DNA of 29,322 bases from Eledone cirrhosa. Lineage: Eukaryota. Shown one piece after another: positions 27,663 through 29,322 of the stretch (position 1 is the first letter of the stretch; the number at the start of each line of letters is the position of its first letter). The stretch is taken from NCBI GenBank assembly GCA_964016885.1, contig CAXHJY010000972.1, positions 1 through 29,322 of the forward strand, given 5' to 3'. The position numbers were made by a program, and so were the translations under genes. Below the pieces are notes generated by a model. The model ran no database searches. It saw only the letters and a list, made by a program, of their open reading frames with translations, and was not told where the DNA came from.

Positions 27663-28060
27663 CGTAGTGCAAATATATTAGTAAAAATCATTTGCTTAAG
27701 CTTTTAATTTGTGCTAATAATAATTTATACACACACATACACACACATACACACACATACACACACACATATATATATATATATGATTTAGAACAGGTGA
27801 AGTCTGACAGAAGGAGGAGCAATGTGTGGGTGTGTATGTGTGCTTGTGTGGGTGTGTGTCTGTTTATGTGTGGATGTATGTGTGTATGTGTGGGTGTGTA
27901 TGTGTTTGAGTGGGTGTGTTTATGTGAGGGTGTGTCCGTATGGGTGTGTAGATGTTTTTTGTGTTTGTGTGAGTCTGTGTATGTGTGTTTCTGTGTGAGT
28001 GTTTGTCTATGTATATATGTGTGTGTCTGTATGTGTTTATGTGCAAATGAGTGTATGTGT
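27614..28060. repeat. (TA)n, (CA)n and degenerate (GT)n simple repeats
   Basis: Pure (TA)n at about 27614-27658, CA/TA at about 27728-27784, degenerate GT at about 27822-28060. Confidence 0.85.
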
Positions 28061-28480
28061 GCATCTACCTTACACTAAAATCTATCAGATAATGTGCAGC
28101 AACATTACACTAAACTGCATCATGAGATGTGCAGCAACATTATACTAAACTTGCATTATCTAATGTGCAGCTACCTAGCACTAGATTTGCATCATCGGGT
28201 TAGCAGCTAGATTACACTAAACTGCATTGTCAGATGCACAGCAACCTTGCACTGAATTTGCATCATTGTATATGCAGCTACTTTACATTAAACAGCATCA
28301 CCCAATGTGCAGCACCCATGTACAAAACTTGCATAATCAGTTGTGCAGCAACTCTGTACTGGCTGCTGTCATATGTGCAGTTACTTTGTACAGAATTAGC
28401 ATAATGTGTGCACCTACATTCCACTCACCTTACATCATAAGATATACAGTTACCTTGCACTGATGTTGCACCAGCAGATC
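28059..28480. repeat. Degenerate ~35-bp minisatellite, about 12 copies
   Basis: Recurrent gtgcagc(a/t)ac.ttacactaaactgcatca... with 32-36 bp spacing (starts at 28059, 28094, 28129, 28165 and onward). Confidence 0.7.
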
Positions 28481-28507
28481 TTCATTTATCTTGTACTGAA
28501 CAGGTGT

Positions 28508-28850
28508 GCTCAAGTGTTGCAGTTTTAATGTGCATATGTAGATCCTTACTTAGATGTGCTACACTTACGTGCAACAACCATGTACCTCACTGCAGCTCAA
28601 GTGTTGCAGTTTAATGCACATATGCAGATCCTTAGATGTGCTATACTTAATGTATGTACAATAACCATGCACTTCACTGCAGCTCAAGTGTTGCAGTTTT
28701 AATGTGCATATGCAGATCCTTAGATGTGTTCTACTTTATGTACGTACATCTACCATGCAGCTCAAGTGTTGCAGTTTTAATGTGCATATGTGGGCCCTTA
28801 CTTAGATGTGCTATGCCTACGTATGTGAACTATCATGCACCTCACTGCAG
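28508..28850. repeat. ~87-bp tandem repeat, 4 copies
   Basis: gctcaagtgttgcagttt(t)aatg..catatg occurs at 28508, 28595, 28682 and 28760. Confidence 0.85.
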
Positions 28851-29218
28851 TTCTCAGATCTGTAATTTAGATTACACTAATATCTGCAGAAATGCAGCTA
28901 AGTTGCAGTGATTTTAAACTCAAGTGCACATTTTCAGATAACTTGTTTTGCAGCTGTGATTTACATAATCATTGACATAGTTTTGTAATGTGTGTTATAT
29001 ATATATATGTGTGTGTGTGTCAGCTGTGCAACTGGGTGCAGCAGTTGCTTGCACTTACTGTTTACATACACATGTCAATGACAATAACCTCATGGTTGTA
29101 CACATTTGTTAGAGAATGCTTTGCAGAGGACAGAGAAAACTGCCGCACCATGATAGAATGCACCCAGTACACTCTGTAAAGCAGCTGTTGATTGAACGAT
29201 GTAGAATAGAAAGGGCTC

Positions 29219-29300
29219 TTAACCCTTTAGCATTTAAACCAGCTGTATCCAGCCATAATTCTCTCACCTCTTTCTGTTCAAGCCAGCCGTAACCAGCTGC
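29219..29300 (+). mobile_element. Possible left end of a piggyBac-like MITE
   Basis: TTAA followed by CCCTTTAGCATTTAAACC fits the piggyBac TTAA-CCC terminus pattern. The partner end is not in the window. Confidence 0.35.
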
Positions 29301-29322
29301 TGATACTGATGTTAAGGTATTG

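Overview
Non-coding, repeat-dominated eukaryotic DNA, probably an animal genome; the repeat families resemble those I recall from octopus, which is an inference. Bases 1-22.2 kb are mostly a giant compound (TA)n/(TATG)n microsatellite holding islands of retroelement debris. The islands are duplicated R4/Dong-like and CR1-like LINE fragments, three copies of a ~607-bp bipartite RTE-derived non-autonomous element, a tRNA-SINE, and a 5'-truncated RTE LINE. The most notable island is 20589-21867: a 467-bp non-coding unit present as two tandem copies, a short partial third copy and an inverted copy. Both full copies and the inverted copy carry a complete type I hammerhead ribozyme inside a 96-nt rod-like stem, consistent with a retrozyme or Penelope pseudo-LTR element. 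The right part holds a 57-bp satellite framed by 10-bp inverted repeats, more SINE/LINE/MITE remnants and degenerate minisatellites. Nearly all long ORFs in the track are artefacts of stop-free simple repeats. No intact host gene is supported; there is one weak candidate exon.
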